Positions 38,601 to 53,600 of a stretch of DNA of 64,000 bases are shown here, one piece after another. Source of the DNA: Yuukianura sp. NJ FZ-2021 (Eukaryota); assembly GCA_046563655.1 (NCBI GenBank), contig CM102284.1:3658001-3722000 (forward strand), read 5' to 3'. The notes beneath the pieces are model-generated. The model was not told the DNA's origin and did not search any database. It worked only from the letters and a program-made list of their open reading frames with translations. The position numbers and the translations under genes are program-made. Position 1 is the first letter of the stretch; each line of letters starts with the position of its first letter.

Positions 38601-41600
38601 AGTGAAAGTATGTTTTTGAATTTAATTAGAAAGTGGGGGGTTCGAGGGTATAATTTTAACTTTAATTATAATTACAGCGAAGGAGGTTCCCTTCTCATCA
38701 TCTCTGGAGTGTCGTTTTGAATCGCTTTTTTTAATTTTCCCCCCACAAGAACTTAAAGCTTTTCCCTTGTTCCAAAATTTGAAAACATCAAAGGAATTGT
38801 TACTGCTTCTCTTTCCTATTCATTACGTTTCCCACAACTTTCATCTTTCGGCGCGCTTTCACCCCAAGTGAAAGCTACAACTGCTCTTTCAATCAAAATC
38901 AATTCTTTTAAACTTTTCATATTTTTTTAACTTTCAAAATTGAAATCGATTTTTGCGAATTTCTGAAGCGGAGAAAATTGTTTTGAAAAAAAATTCTGGA
39001 ACCCCCGATTTCGGTTTTGGGAAAAAAATTAATTTGGAGGAGAATTAATTTAAAAATAAGTTTCCTTTGTTTTAATTTTCTCTTTTTGAAATCCAATTCT
39101 GTTTGAAGTTCTAATGAGATTCGAGTGAAAACGGAGCTTTATTCAAAGTTTCCAAAGTTTTTGACATGTCTGACCTTTGCAGTTGCAAAACCTCAGTTTA
39201 CTAGAAGCTCAACTGCACTTGAGGAAATGCGCCTAGAGACTTGTAGAGACTAGAAAGTCGGCAGGCCTAGACTTGGCTCACTTTCACTTTCCCAGAACAC
39301 AAAGCACACGCATCTGTCGTCTCCAGAATTCGAGATCAGTTTTAGGCAGAGAGATAGACTTTCACTAGAGGATTCTTATGCACCTTATAACCCCACATTT
39401 TCATTCATAAACAGGAGCAATAACCCTCCTTTCTTTTGTCAAATGTAGCAATTGTAGTAAACCAAAGTCACAACATAACAAACACTAACGGATTATTTCA
39501 TCAAAAAAAGTTCTCCTGAGGTCACAAATGACTGCGTGCACATTGTTACAGTTGAGCAGATTTTAGAATGGGCTACGCTAGGAAAGCAGCATGAAACGAT
39601 TCTTTTTTCTTTTTTTAAAACTTTTTGTGAAAACCTCAGGAAATGAATCAGCTTTGGCAAAAAATAGTTTAAAAATTCGTCGTTTTTTAGCCAGGACTTT
39701 TTTTTCTGGGTCCGTTGTAACTCAATATTCAGCTAAGCAGAACCTTCAAGCGAAAAAAATGCTAACAATAATATACAAAGGAGAACAGAACAAAAACACC
39801 AAAGTTATGGAAATAAACAATTCCGATGGGTTCAGACACGTTGGAATGAAATTTACCAAAATGGACGCTCGGATGGTTCAGAAAAGCCTCAGATCAAAAT
39901 TCACATTTCCCTTTTGTTTAGAACTTTGTTCAAACAAACGAAATTTTTCAAAAAGAGAAAAAAACATTTTGACATTCGGATTTTCTTGACTTTTCTCCTC
40001 GGTACTATTCGATTTAACCCGGGTAACAAAACTTTTTTTTTTGAAAAAACGAGAGAGAATTTGATGTACAAGAACAAGTACACCCCTTTCTGCCGCCTCC
40101 CCTGCAATTTCAATTTTAAAACTTTTCAATTTCAAAAAAAAAAGTTGAAAAACGTTTTTTATTGAATCCGAATAGGATTTTAGGGTTCGGTGGAAGGGGG
40201 AATACCCTACCATGGTCACCGTGACATAACTTAACACCGAGAACAGAGTTAGGGTGAACTTTGAAGTGACTTTTAGTTCATCTTGAGGGTGACAGAACAA
40301 TGCGATCTTGTGGTAGGGGTACTTGATCCGACTGAAGGGCACCCTTGACTGGGTCATCCAACCCCAACAACCCCTTTTGTTTACATCATCCCCCTCTCTG
40401 CCATAGCCTTACAAGTTCAACTCCCACCCCTTAGACACACTTTTACGACCCCAATTCTAAAAAATTCTAAGAATCTCCATTTCATCTACTGTTTTGCTCC
40501 TGAATGGATCGCCCTAAAAGTTATGCTTTCTCTTCATTCCCGCGCGTGGCCTTCCCCCCTTTCACCCGGATTCCTGCACAACCGCTACCCTAACCCAGGA
40601 GGGTCCAACCCTAACCTAACCGTAACACGGAGGGTGTAGAACAATGTCCAAAGTACTGGATTGTGTGTTAAAAGTGGATTCTGGACGTTATGAAATGTTG
40701 ATTTGTTCCTCTGGATAGAAACTGTGTGTACACAGTGAGGTTTATCGACAGGGAGGGGGTAGGATGTGGGAGTTGACTGTGGAAGATAAACCGAAAGCCT
40801 AGGAAGATCTGTGTACAAGAATCAAAGCATGAAGCAATCATTTCCACCCGTTGAAAACCTTAACATAGACTCTAAACCATAAGCAACTAACACTTCCTTT
40901 CAAACAGCGTCTTCACCAGCAGATTGTATTTTTGGATCCAATTTTTTTATAGTACGCAGAGATTAAAAACAAGTCAATACGTGATGGGGGGAGGGGAACA
41001 ACTTTTTAGGCTAAAGACGCAGCCAATATCGCTCCAAATTCAGAAATCGTCATTCTACTTTCCATTTTGTGCAAAAATTTAGAAAAAAAACTCCAGCACC
41101 GGATGGTTCCCTCCGCCAAAAGATTTCGAAATCCCCGCCCCCAAAACCTTGCTGATTTATGACAATTTGAATCTTAAAATTGAAATGATCTGTAGCAACT
41201 AAATCAAATTTGAAAAAATGCAAAAACCGTTTTTGCATAAGCACAATGAAAGAAATTTCTCATTTGTTCTTAGAATTCTGTGTAAGTCAAGGTCTTCGCA
41301 ACAGGAACAGAATGTTGTCTAGTTTGTGGAATGAAATTTTTTTGAAATGTTTTTTGGAGCTAGGGAAAGCAAAGGAAATTCAAAATTTCAAAAAATGCTT
41401 ACTTTGCAACTCTTTCTTGTAGAAATTCCAGTTTTCTCAGAGCGTCCAGAATTGAAATCCAACTTGTGCTAAGGTACGGTAGTACCTAACTTTTTCTGTT
41501 TTAAAAACGTGCCCATGCACAGAGTACGTCACCGTCGCTGAGGGGTGTCCTATGCACCCTTGGTTTTGCCTAGCGTTAGGACAGGTGAGTTCCCCTCCTG

Positions 41601-44600
41601 TTCTGTATGAGCCAGTGCCTTCACCTTCACACTTCCTCTTACATAATGATGGTGCAGCACAAGGTTTTAGGAACTAACCCTATTTTTTACATCTTCCAAC
41701 TTCATCTTCCCCTCAAAAAACTAACTTCTGCCCCTCAGGGGAAATGCACAACAAATTAGTAGAAAAATTTCACTCGTGGAACAGTTCTCAAAACAACACT
41801 TTTTAAAAACAAGAGTTTGAGAGTCAAAATTTTCAAAAACTTTTAAAGTAGAAATCCAAGACCGAAATTGAACACTGAAGATCGTTGATTCTGGAAGAGA
41901 TTCGTAAATAATAATAATAATGTCGAATGAGTTTCCAAACTAATCTCTTCACATGGAATTTTGAAATGGAATTTTAAAATTCGCAATTCAATTTTTGTAC
42001 TTTCTTTCACTTTCTCTTTTGTTAGTATGAGTGTTCCGGTTGCGTTTTTCTTTGTTTTGTGTGGCTTGGAAGTGGAAGTTGAAATATTGCTTTTCGGAGA
42101 TGCCTTTCTCCCGGGCACTGCTAGAAATTTGTGATTATTGGTAGGCTGAAGTTCCTTTTGCCTCGTGCTAATTTCCTTTTGTTTTGCGTTGTAGCAGGAT
42201 TCTGGAGTTGCGTCCCCTTCGTTGCGTTGCAGGGTAAGCACGTTTCCTTAAGGTACAGGGACAGTGTTTAGGAGTCGTACTGGTGGTAGATGTGTGTGTT
42301 CAGAAGTGGTTCACCAACTGAGTGTGGGACTATAGCCTAACTGAATCTGCCATCAGAAGAAGTTCAAAATCGATTCCACCAACATCCTCCTGCGCACCAC
42401 CACTCCACCGCTGCTCCATCTTCCCCATTCTTACAACTTACGACGAAGGCTCTATAGCTCCACTGGCTCTTGGTCGAGGCAAAAGGCCAAGGAAACAGCT
42501 CCAGCCTTTCAGTTCGGTATAAATAGGCAACCAAGCCAAGAACTATCCGCTACCTCACGCAGCAGCACTCCGCTCCACCGGCAGCCACCGCTTTTCGCTG
42601 GGCTCAGGTGCCTAGCTTCCAAATAAATTCTAATTGATGCCAATTAAACTTTCGACCCAGCGCCGAAAACTTCCGGAACGTCACACCGTCACGACAAGGC
42701 GAACCCGTGACCTTTCGGTGGAATGTGTGACCTTTGACATGGTCACAGCTACACGCAGCTTCTCTTTCTCTTTTTTGAAGAATTCAAGAAAGAGTTGACT
42801 GTATTTCTTTCTTTTTGTGTTTTTGTTACCTAAGCTATCGCGAATTTTTGTTCGATTTGGAATCAAATTCAAAAAATTTCAAATATCGATCTACCACTAT
42901 AAGCTGCTTGCTTAGTTTGTTTGGTTAGCTTTGGTTTGTTTGGCTTGCTTAGCTTCCTGTTTTTGAAATGTTTTTTTAAAAACAAAATGGTAAATTTTAT
43001 TAGAATTAAAATTCAAAAGTGCATATACCTTTTGAAATTTTTTGAAGTTTTAAAATCCGATTCAAAGATAATCTTTTAAGCTTAACCCTGCTGCTTAGTT
43101 TATAGTGTTTTTTCATATTAAAAATAATTTTTTTTACAAATTGTTATATTTAGCTAAAATTTATATTAGAACTTTTGTAATCTTGTAACTCGTGGATGAG
43201 ATTAGTTTTTGTACCGGGACATGCTGAGCTACGGACCAAACAGTTGTAGACTATAGGATCACACAATTCATCCCAGCAAACAAGCATTTGCTATGATGTT
43301 GTAGTACTACTAGTTGTTTTTTTCTTCATCGCGTCTTGTGCTGGACCAGGGATGCTGTTGTATAATTTAGATTTTTGTACTACGTTTGCTATTAGAACTT
43401 ATTAGAACCAAAAAAAAAGTTCCCTCGGGGGAGGATGGAGGGAAAAGAATGTTCAACGCATCTCTCTCCCTCCCTTGCGTAATTCATCTCTCTCCAGGCA
43501 ATTAAAAGAGCCTCCATGGATACTAACTGCAATTCAAGGATAATCACACTTCCATCTTGTATTTGCTCAAATTAAAACTAGTTTCATACCAATTTAAACA
43601 CAAGAGCAAGTAGGGACTGGGATTTGCACAAATTACATTTTGGCACTCAATTGGAAAATGGGAACCTCCAAAAATAAGACGCTCATTTCAGAATAACTCC
43701 TGCTGAATGGTCGTAGTAATTCTCCTTGAAAAAAAAGTTCAAGGAGAGAGAATCGATCTGGTGGTGGCTTTTGCTTTTGCTAGCTGCCTTGCTTGTGCTA
43801 TATGAAAAGCTTTTAGAACATTTTAGATTTTAATTTTGAGCGGGGAAAGTTGAAATTTGAAAATGGAGAAAGCTGGAGTTATGGGAAGGAGAAGGGGTGG
43901 GAAGGAAATGAAACCCTGCATGGTATTTTCATTTCGATTTTAATTTGATCTCCTTTTCCTTCTTTCCTGATTATAAACTTTTCTGCGTTTCGCTCCCGCG
44001 TCGCGCCCAAAATGCAACTTTCTAGTTTACTCTCCAGTGGAACGCTGATGTTCACAATTTTAAAAACTGTTACTACGTAACCATGGATACTCGTCAATGT
44101 CGTTCAATCGATACGACATACGACTCCAGTCGACATTCAATCCAACATCGCAGAATCAAAGTCAAAGTCACTCTGCTGTCAGGAAATCGATTTTTGTTTT
44201 CAAAACTTTTAAGAATTCGGAAATAAAATTTAAACTCGAAGAATCAAAAACACAACAAAATTTGGGGGCTCAGACGGGAAAACTGAAGAAATTTCGCAGT
44301 TTTTTAAGTCATTGTGGTATTATTTTTTTGAGTGGACTCGACTGAAGCGATTGCATCGGGGTCATCAGAGAGGTCATGTCGATGGGAGTGGAGAGCGTGT
44401 GTTGACGACTGTTGGGTCGTAAGTGCTTCTTGTGCTGAACTTTGTATCTTTCTCATCAAAAGAAATCACACGTCTTTAAAAATATTTTATGTTGGCAGAA
44501 GAGGCTATAAAGAATACTTTTGGAAAATTAGGAGGAAAGAGGAAGCCTATAAGCCAGTGGAGCTACTTTGGTGCTGTCTTCCCTCCAACACTTTGATTCT

Positions 44601-47600
44601 ACTTTATGATAATTGGAAGGGACATATTGTATTTATTACTCCTTTCTCCAGTTCAATTCAATTGCAAAACTTTTCTACTTTCACTTCAGCTCAAATTGCT
44701 TTCACTTTCACACAAAAACGAACAATAATGGCTTTCCAGATAATACAAACTATTGTCAATCTTCTCCAAATCTTTCCAGATAATCCGAAACTTAGTCTCC
44801 TCGACTTAGTCAAGTTATGTTAGACTTGTTAGGATAAGGATATGTTAGGTTAGGCTAGTTGTCAGGTTGGGAGTTCGGGTTGTTCTGAAGGTAAAGTTGG
44901 AAAATCCAGAAGACATTTAAGCATAGAACGTGGCGGGACTGCAAGATGCGTTTCTTTGATGGGAGAAAGCGGAATGCAAACTGTTTTGAGATGAGACGAT
45001 GTCAAGGATCTCGTTGGAAGTCGAAGAAACTAAATTACTAAAGAACTGAAGCCTTTCAGTAATTGAGCCTTTCTCGGGGGCTGGAAGACGCTGGAAACGA
45101 CTTACGCTGTTCTACTACAACATCGGACCTTGTTTTATTTGTACAGCACGACCTTATCCTTTACTTTCATTTGGAACAGAAAAAGAGTGATCCACCGTTG
45201 GAATTCTGGACAAGGTCCTCTGGAGATGACAAAGTGGGCAAAAGGCACTCTAAATTTGCACAATTTACTTTTCCCAGGACGTCTTTTATTAGCGTTGGTC
45301 GTCGGTGGATCGTTGATTAAATGAAGCAGGAGTGTCAATTGAAGGAGACACGGTGTGTTGTTGTTAGAAAGTTGGTGGGAAGTACATAGTAGTTGTGTAT
45401 TGGTCCTCGGAGGGGATGGTGTTCTGAATCGATCTGCCATCGATCAACAATCTTCTTCTCCCAAGAGTTTCTACGCAGAGAAAGTACTGGAGGAAAAGCG
45501 TACTAGAATTTTAATCGAATTCATGAAATAGTCCACAAGCACAAAATAGTTGGTATGGTGCGGCTGCCAATATTGGACCAAAAAAAATCCATTTGGAAGT
45601 ACTCGGAGGAAAAAGTTGTGAAATGGCATTAAAAAAAGAGGACGGAGAAAGTAAAACTTTCACCCAAGAAAAACGACTGCTGTAGTCAAATAAATTACGA
45701 AGCAAAAAATATAAAAGTGTAATTCCACTCCAGAATTTTTGTTCAAAATGGAACTCAAAAACATTTTTGCGTAAATTCTCATTTCCCAAAAGAATTTTCT
45801 CTGTTGGGCGTTTCAAATTTGTTGTAAATTTTCAAAAAAAAACTGAGAGATGGTATTAAAACGTGAAAAGTTTGAATTGTTTTAGAAATTTATAGGTTGT
45901 ATGGTATTGATCAGTTAGAATGAAAATTTTCGAAACGTAGAATCAGAATGTATAAAAAAAATATGAACAGGATATTATTTCTGTTTAAGCCTTTAACTAT
46001 TAAACTCTGTTCCAGAAAACTGTTTATCAAAAGAGTTTTGAAATTAAATTGTATTTAAACGAGCTATTTCCTGTTCTTGAGTCGATTCAAAAAACAAGAC
46101 TTGATTGTATGACTGACTAGTTTGACTTTTGAATTAAATGTTAAACTGTACAAAGAACTTGTGTACCTAAAACCGTAGTGTATCAGAAGAGATTGAGCAA
46201 ATAATAATTTATTGTGCAAGACATTAATTGAGGATATCTGCAAAGGTCAAAGGTAAAAGACGAAATAAAATGTTGAAAGTTCTGAGATAACCTTTGCTAT
46301 TTTCCGACATTTTCCGACGAAAAGCATAACCAACTTTTACACGAACCCAAAATGTTATGCTCTTTTTTCGGTTACGCCATTAGATCCAGCGAAAGTTAAA
46401 CTTCGTTGACGTAATCTCTGAATTGAATTTGTATTCAAAGAATCGAAATTTTTAAATTCTGTATAAAATTTCAGGCGTAAATATCTTCGAAGTGCTACAC
46501 AAACTGCAAGAAAAATGCAAATTTTCTGACTTGAAATAATATGCACGCCGTAAATTTCAAATTCCGTTAACAGTTTTGAATTGTTTTCGTTATGTATTAG
46601 TTTTTTTTAAAAGATAATTTATTTGATTTTGGTTTCTTCTAACAAATCAGCAACGTTTTCAAAGATTTGACGTTATTAGATAGAATTTAGCATCGCAGCA
46701 GACAACTTCTTCTTCTAAAGACTAAACACGTTGCCTATTTTCTGTACCCTCTTTTTTAGTATTTCATTTTTAAATTTTGAAAATGAAAAAATGTTTTGGA
46801 AAAATGAAAAACGTGAAGTTTTTTTCTGACATTTTTTTCACGAAAAGGAATTTGATTTTCTCTTCCTCCCTGTTCTTCCTTCCTTCCTTTTCATCATTTT
46901 TTTATTCCCGTTTTTGATGGAAAGGGGAGAGAAAGTGCAAAAAGTGAATGACTTTTTTCTTTAAAAAGAAAAAAAAATGAAAAAAGTCGTAGCTTTTTTT
47001 TCGTGTAAGAAAATGTTGGCGCCTCTAAAGATTTGAAAATTCGAATCCGGAGTCAACAAATTTCACTTGTTGTGAAAGTGTGAGTGAAAGTGAAAGAAGG
47101 CATTTGTGATTATGTGACTTTTTCCAGAAAATTGAATTTTGGGGACTACGGCGTGAAACGGAGAGTTAAATTGGAGTCTGTGGGCAGACGACAGAGTCTC
47201 TCTGGTGGTTCCCACTGCTAATCTTCCTACCTTGCAAAATTGAATCTAAGGAAGGAAATTGGATTCTTACAAAGAAATCGGGTTAATATTTTCCACACAG
47301 TCCGCACAACATTTCATTTCCGTTTTTTTTTGTTGGACACAACAACAAGAGAGAATGAAAAAAGGAAGGAAAAATGAAAAAAGTTGGACAAGAAACTTCT
47401 TTTCGGTTTTTTAGAAATGAGAAAAAGTTTTGACAAAAAAAGTTTTGAAAAAAAGTGCTGCTCGTTTCAGATAAAATGTTCCTGTGCTCATAATTTAGAA
47501 TTTAACCTTCACAGTTAATTGCATCGAGGGAAAAAGTTATTGGACTGTGCCTCTGGGGTGAGGATGGAGAAAAGGCAATTTCAGTCAATTGTGTCCAACG

Positions 47601-50600
47601 TTCCTTCAGGGACTTCATTCTCGACAGTTTCCACTGCGCAGGCGCATGAAACGTTGAATTTTACTTTTACTTTTTGAATTCTTGTTTTTCCAAATTTTCA
47701 AGTTTCAGAATTCGTTGGTTTAGAGATTTATGGTTTTCGGAGTACAGACAGTTTTTGTTCGTTTTTGTTTGAAAAATGCTTTTCCGTGAAATATTTTGAA
47801 ACGCAAAAAAAGTTTTATAGACAAGAGCTTCTGATTGGTTGCTCCGAAATGAAAATTTTTATATTAGCAAAAGTGAAATTTTTTGATTAAACTGGAATAT
47901 TTTTTCTAGTTTGCAAGAAAAAAAGAAAGTTTAATGAAAGTTCCAAAGTAGCGCTGGGAGACTTCAAAAAATTTTGTGAGAAGGAATATTTTATACTCGG
48001 GGTATAAAATCTGTATATCCTGCGTTCAGTTCTGTTCTGAAGACCAGAATTTTGTGAAATGTTGAAACTGAAAATCGTTGAGTTCGGTAGAGAAGGGTTG
48101 GGTGTAGGACCATTTGGAAAAATCAATAGTTTCATTTGCGAGGCACTTCGTCATCCCAAAACTACGCTATAGTCTGGGCAGGGGTGGATATGGGTGGTGT
48201 GCGTGTTTTGCTATACAGAGCTGCACAGAACACAATGACCCTCTCTGCCGTAGCTGTTCATCGATTTTTCAAAAATCCACAAAAACTCTCCCTTCAATTG
48301 AAAGTGGAAATCAAATTTTCAAAAATTGAAGTTTTTTTCTTAAAATTTATTTTCCTACACTTCCATCACGCTCCAAACTCACTTCTAAGGATCTTGAGTC
48401 TTTCTAAACATTTCGGAACAACTCGGAGGGCGTCGTTTTGACAAAACTTTCTCTACGACATACTTTCTCTGCTTGCTCGATTTGAAATCAACTTCGACCA
48501 ACGTTGTCAGACTTTGCTAAAACAAGAGAAACTAAAACAGCCCAGCTCCAGAATAAATATTCGACACTCGAAGAAACGAGCTGTGCTGGACGAGGAAGCA
48601 TTTCGACCGAAAATAATATATGTTTTGCTTTCTTCGCTCTTTTTACTGAAACAAAAAAAATTGTGAAAAAAGAAAATCAGAGACAATACTTTTTCTGGAG
48701 AAAGTTTAACCGCAACGAAGAAAGTTACGAAACAGGCCTAGCGAAAAAGGGATGTTGAAGCTCTGCTCTCGCAGTATTGATTTTCTTCGGACTTTTTTTT
48801 ACGTCGTGTGACTTTGCTCACTCTGCTTTTTGAAAAGGGCAAAATTTGAGCTCTGGAAGAGGAGAAAGTAAAAGGGAGTTTAAGGCTTTTGCTTTAGGAT
48901 TAGGAATTGTAAATTTTGTGCCTCTGAGACAGGATTCAGGATTCAGAATTCCTTTATATTGGAATTACATTTCAAATTGCACAGGCCTTCTCCAAAAGCC
49001 TTTCCACTTTCTCCTTTCCCAAAATTAAAATCTATTTGATTTTCTAATTACTTTCTCTGACGCTCTGACTCTCCGAAAGTTTCCTGTACGCAGCGCACGT
49101 GAATTTTTAGCACAAAAACCTTGTCAGTTGAATTTTGAAAACCATGCACCAGTTGAATTTTGAAAATTCGATTCACGAAGCGAACTGATTTTTGGAGTAA
49201 TTTGCCGATGGCGGCGCCGTTGAATTTTTGTATGATTTTAAGAAACTACATTTTAGAATGATTTGAATTTTTGTTGAAAATGAGGAAGTTCCTGGCTACT
49301 TGTAGTAGTAGCGTGAATGTTTTGATGATGGAATCTGAGTAGGTTGTGCATTGGGTTGTTTGATGTGAAAAATGGGGTGAAGATGTTAGGTTTTGTGAAT
49401 CGGTAGGAACAAAAAGTGACTTTGAGGACTCTGTGAAAGTGAAGCGAGATCGCGTGGGAGAGGTAGCGTAGAAGTAGTAAGTATTAGCCTAGGTTAGGAT
49501 TCCTTTCTTTTCATCTTCTTTCATCCAAAGACCAGAACACTCCAAGTGCAAGAGACTTACTGCAAGAGACCATAGAAGCACTTCCACAGAATCCTAGGCT
49601 TCCTGTCAGGATCCAATGCCTCCAGCCTACCAGGCACTCCAACTTATGCGGCAGAGACAAGTGAAAGAATCAAAGAAAGTGAAAGTGGAGACTACTACTC
49701 TACGCACAAACAGAAGGTGCAAAGGTCACATGCAACACACTCACCATCAAACAATCCTATACAAAGCATTTGACCTTCAATTCCAACCGAACTCAGCCTA
49801 CATCAATCCAACTTCAACCTACTGTACCGTAATAAGTCTGAGTACTTCATAACATAATCTGGTCATTCAACTTAACATTGCCTATAATCGTACCACACTT
49901 GTCTAACAATCCAAATCCAACTTAACATAACACCCCATAACCTATCATTCGGAACTAAATTACTCTTGTTAGCAGGATTTTATTTGTTTTACAATGTAGA
50001 ATGAAATATAACAAATTCCGAAATATTTCGATAAAATATTTTGATTCTATTGGGTCAAAGTCATTTTTATGGGATATTTTGGCTCAAGATGTTTTTGAGG
50101 AGATTTTGAACAGTGATTCACTTTCATCTCAATTTGTCTACACATCTGTTGCAAAACAACAAAAGTAAGCAAAACAATTTCAGTAATTTTTTGAAACGGA
50201 CTACATGCATGGTTCGTTTGAAGTTTTTCTCCCGTTTTTTAGACAAGCAGAGCTATTGTAGCATCAGCGGTTTTGGAAGAATTTTTTTGTTCAATTTGCA
50301 GAAATTCTTGTGCAGAGTTCTAAATTTTATTTTGACGGAAGAATTTTCATTAATTCCGTCAAAATGTCAGCCCTAGAGAACATTAAGGTCGAGAGGAGAA
50401 ATATGGCTCAGATTGCCATTGTCAAAACCGTCCTCGTCTGAAGCGATGAAGCGATTCTTGTGCTTATGGAGATTCCTTCTTCAATATATTTCCTTCCCAA
50501 AACCTTTCTCCATTAAGTTACAAGCATAAATAGACGTTGAAAAAAGTAAGCAGGAGCAGCTGTGACATGACACACGACATTAGAGTCACTTCCTTCAAAA

Positions 50601-53600
50601 TAAATGGTTTCAGACAGCCAAAGTACAAAAATCTTTCTCCATTTCTCCATTATTATAAACCATTAACACCCCCTCCCCACTCCTCTTTTTACAAAATTTA
50701 GAACACAATTTGTAGTCTTTTCGCCACTGAACTGTTCAAAAAGCAAGTTTTTAGCAAAACTTGAAACTTTTTTGCTTTTTCCAAAAAAGAATTTCCGTCC
50801 ATTTGTGACCGTTCCGACCGTTGGTTTTTTGATCCATTCAAAATCCCATTACGATCTGGCTCATTATTTTTCTGGAAACAAAGGACCTGCGCCTGCGCAA
50901 ATCGTTTTCGTTCAGCTCGCCGCTGTTTTGAACAACGTTTGAACACAAGAAGAGAAAAAAGTGCTTTTTTTAAAATACTTTTTTCATAGAAGGAAATTTT
51001 TGTGTGAAGCCGGGTGTTCTGCCGTACGTGTTCAAATTACAAAAGTTGAAGGAAATTGAAAAATTTTTAAATGCCTTGGCACAAAACTTCTTGCTCGTAC
51101 ATACTAAAGTTCGTAACAAAGAAATTTAATTTATTCTTTCCCGCTCTTTTCCGTCCATTTTATGAATATGCATCAAGTTTACACATTCAAACGCAGAGGA
51201 GTGTGAAGGGAGAAATGGAACCAGAGACCTCACTTTTTCTTTTTTGCATTTTGCATTTCTATTAATTTCAAAAAAGGTTCAAGAGGTTACAAACGGCAAA
51301 GGCATTGTCCTTTTTTCTTAAAAATTAAAAAGGAAAGAAATTTAGAAGAAAGAAAGTTCAAGAACTTTGAAATTTAAGCCTCCTTGGAATAACGGTCTAG
51401 AACTTTTGGAAGAAAAAATTTCAAACTTTTTAATTTTGGTTTTTTAAAAAATGGGTCTGTATAGGTTCTAATTTCCGCTAGATAATATTAAAGTTGATTT
51501 ACATTTTGAAAATCATTTGCATTGCAGAGAGAGGGGAGAGCAGAGTAAGTTGGAGATTAAATTGAAGAATCCTTTTGTAACGCTTCTCTGAATGAATCTT
51601 CTAATATTACAGATGCATCCGCTCAAAAGCGTCTCTGTGGTGGTCGCCTGGGCTGTACCAAGCCCAGAAACACAAAATTTTCATTTTTAGGTTTTGCAAA
51701 TTTCGAAATTTTGAAAATTGACCAACTGCACTTGACATGTTACATGAGCGCGTGTCATTTTCGCACCCCGGAAGCACGCGTTTCGAAACACCCAAGCTGT
51801 CTTTCTTTCAAAAAAGCAAAAACCGGTTTTCTTTGTCCGAAAATCCACCTTGACCAACATGAAATTTTTTTAGGTAATAAGAAAAATGTTTCTTAGGAAA
51901 AAGTTTAAACGAGGAGAGAAATGTTGTGCTACTAAAAGCTTTGTGTTTGTTTGTCTTTGTGCATTTTTCCAATTAAAAATTGAAATTTGGAGTTTTGAAA
52001 ATGAAAATTTGTAAAATTTGAAATTGTGATTTGTGTCCAGGCGAGTGTGCTACTACATAGACAGTTTTAGAGGACACGGAATGATAATGAACGGAGAAAC
52101 TCATTGTATGAATATGGAAATGATTTATGTAATAAGTGGACCACATTCAGCAGCACGATTTTTACAAAGCACTGAACACTCTTTCTAGAATCTATCCATT
52201 TGTTCATAACTGTTTTTCAAGGGCTCTCTGCTTCACTGTTTCAGGAGACTTAGAATTCAAGGGAGCCCTTTGCCTGAGAAGTGTCAAAGGTCACTCCATT
52301 CACGCTCGAAAGATGAGAAAAATTCCTAGAGATGCTCCACTTTCATCTTGATCAAAAGCAGCTTGCACTTTTTAAGTTTTAGTTCGTTACATTTCTAAAG
52401 ACAATGGAAACAATAACCAGGTGAAAACTGATAACTGCATCTGCTCAACACAAAATCCAACGAGTTACTTTGAATTTAAAAACAAAATACACAGCTAAAA
52501 ATCCACTCCATTGAATTAGTTAACTTTGTTAAATTTAGTTTATAACATTTGTCCAATAGGTCAAAATGTGAGAATAATTCAGGATCGTTTAGTCAAGAAA
52601 ATCAGGGTCTGTAATTTTGAAAAAAATAATGAAAATCTAAAATTCGTCGAAGTGTGCAGAAAATTCATTAAAATTTTTTATCCTAGGAAGAAAGCGTCCG
52701 TTCCAAAGAGGCTTTTGACGCCCTCTCTGCTGCTTTCCTTCAGTTCAAAGAACTAAAGATTCGACTCTGCCCACAATTCTGACTCCTACGCACTTACCCA
52801 GGACTAGGGAAAGGTGGAACCTCATTCCAAATCTACTTCAAAAGGCGCCAACCTAACTTTAGGTTAACCTAACCAACCTAGCCTTACCCTAAGGTGATCC
52901 CAAAAATAAAGGAAACAACTACCAAAAACGTGAAAAAATTCTACGAAATCATGAAACCAAAATTAAAAATTATGAAAAATAGCGCTTCCGAGTAAACCGG
53001 GATTTTTTCGGTTTTTTGTTATATAAATTTTTTTTTGGAAAGGTTCGTTCTGACTTTGTTATTTTCTGAATTGAATTTTTACTTTTTAGAACAAGTTCTG
53101 AAAGAAAATTGAGGGACAATTCGAAACACAGAAAAATGTAGGGACGGTGACCTTTTTGAAAAATTCAGCTACTTGTGCAGTACCCCGAAATCAAGTGGCT
53201 AGGGGACATTGCAGCAGAAATAAAAATGCGACCATCTCCCGTCTGCCGTATCGCTTCACTTGGTCGTGTGTCCCGAACTGAGGTCTATTGAACACCAAAA
53301 ACCGGTTCGATTGGGTCGTCATCTCGCTTTCCTTCCGTCTCTATTCTTCTTTCTATTCAAAACGAGACAAAACGGATAGTAAAAGCTGCAGGAACCGAAT
53401 TTCTTTTTTATAGTTTTGCTTTTGTTCCTAAAAACCAGTTTCGTATGGTTCTAGTACCGGTTTGTTTTGAAATCCTAATTTCATTTTTCTTAAACAAAAG
53501 CGTATTCAGCGTGCCGGACTTTTGTGTTCAACTTTCTTTACAAAATTAGAACCCGCTTTCTAAATACTTTTTGAAAACTGAAAGGTGTGTTGTCGCGTGT

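Noticed and set aside
42518-42525. TATAAATA in a GC-richer patch suggesting an antisense promoter
   Set aside because: No clear Inr at the expected distance and no downstream ORF; unsupported without expression data.
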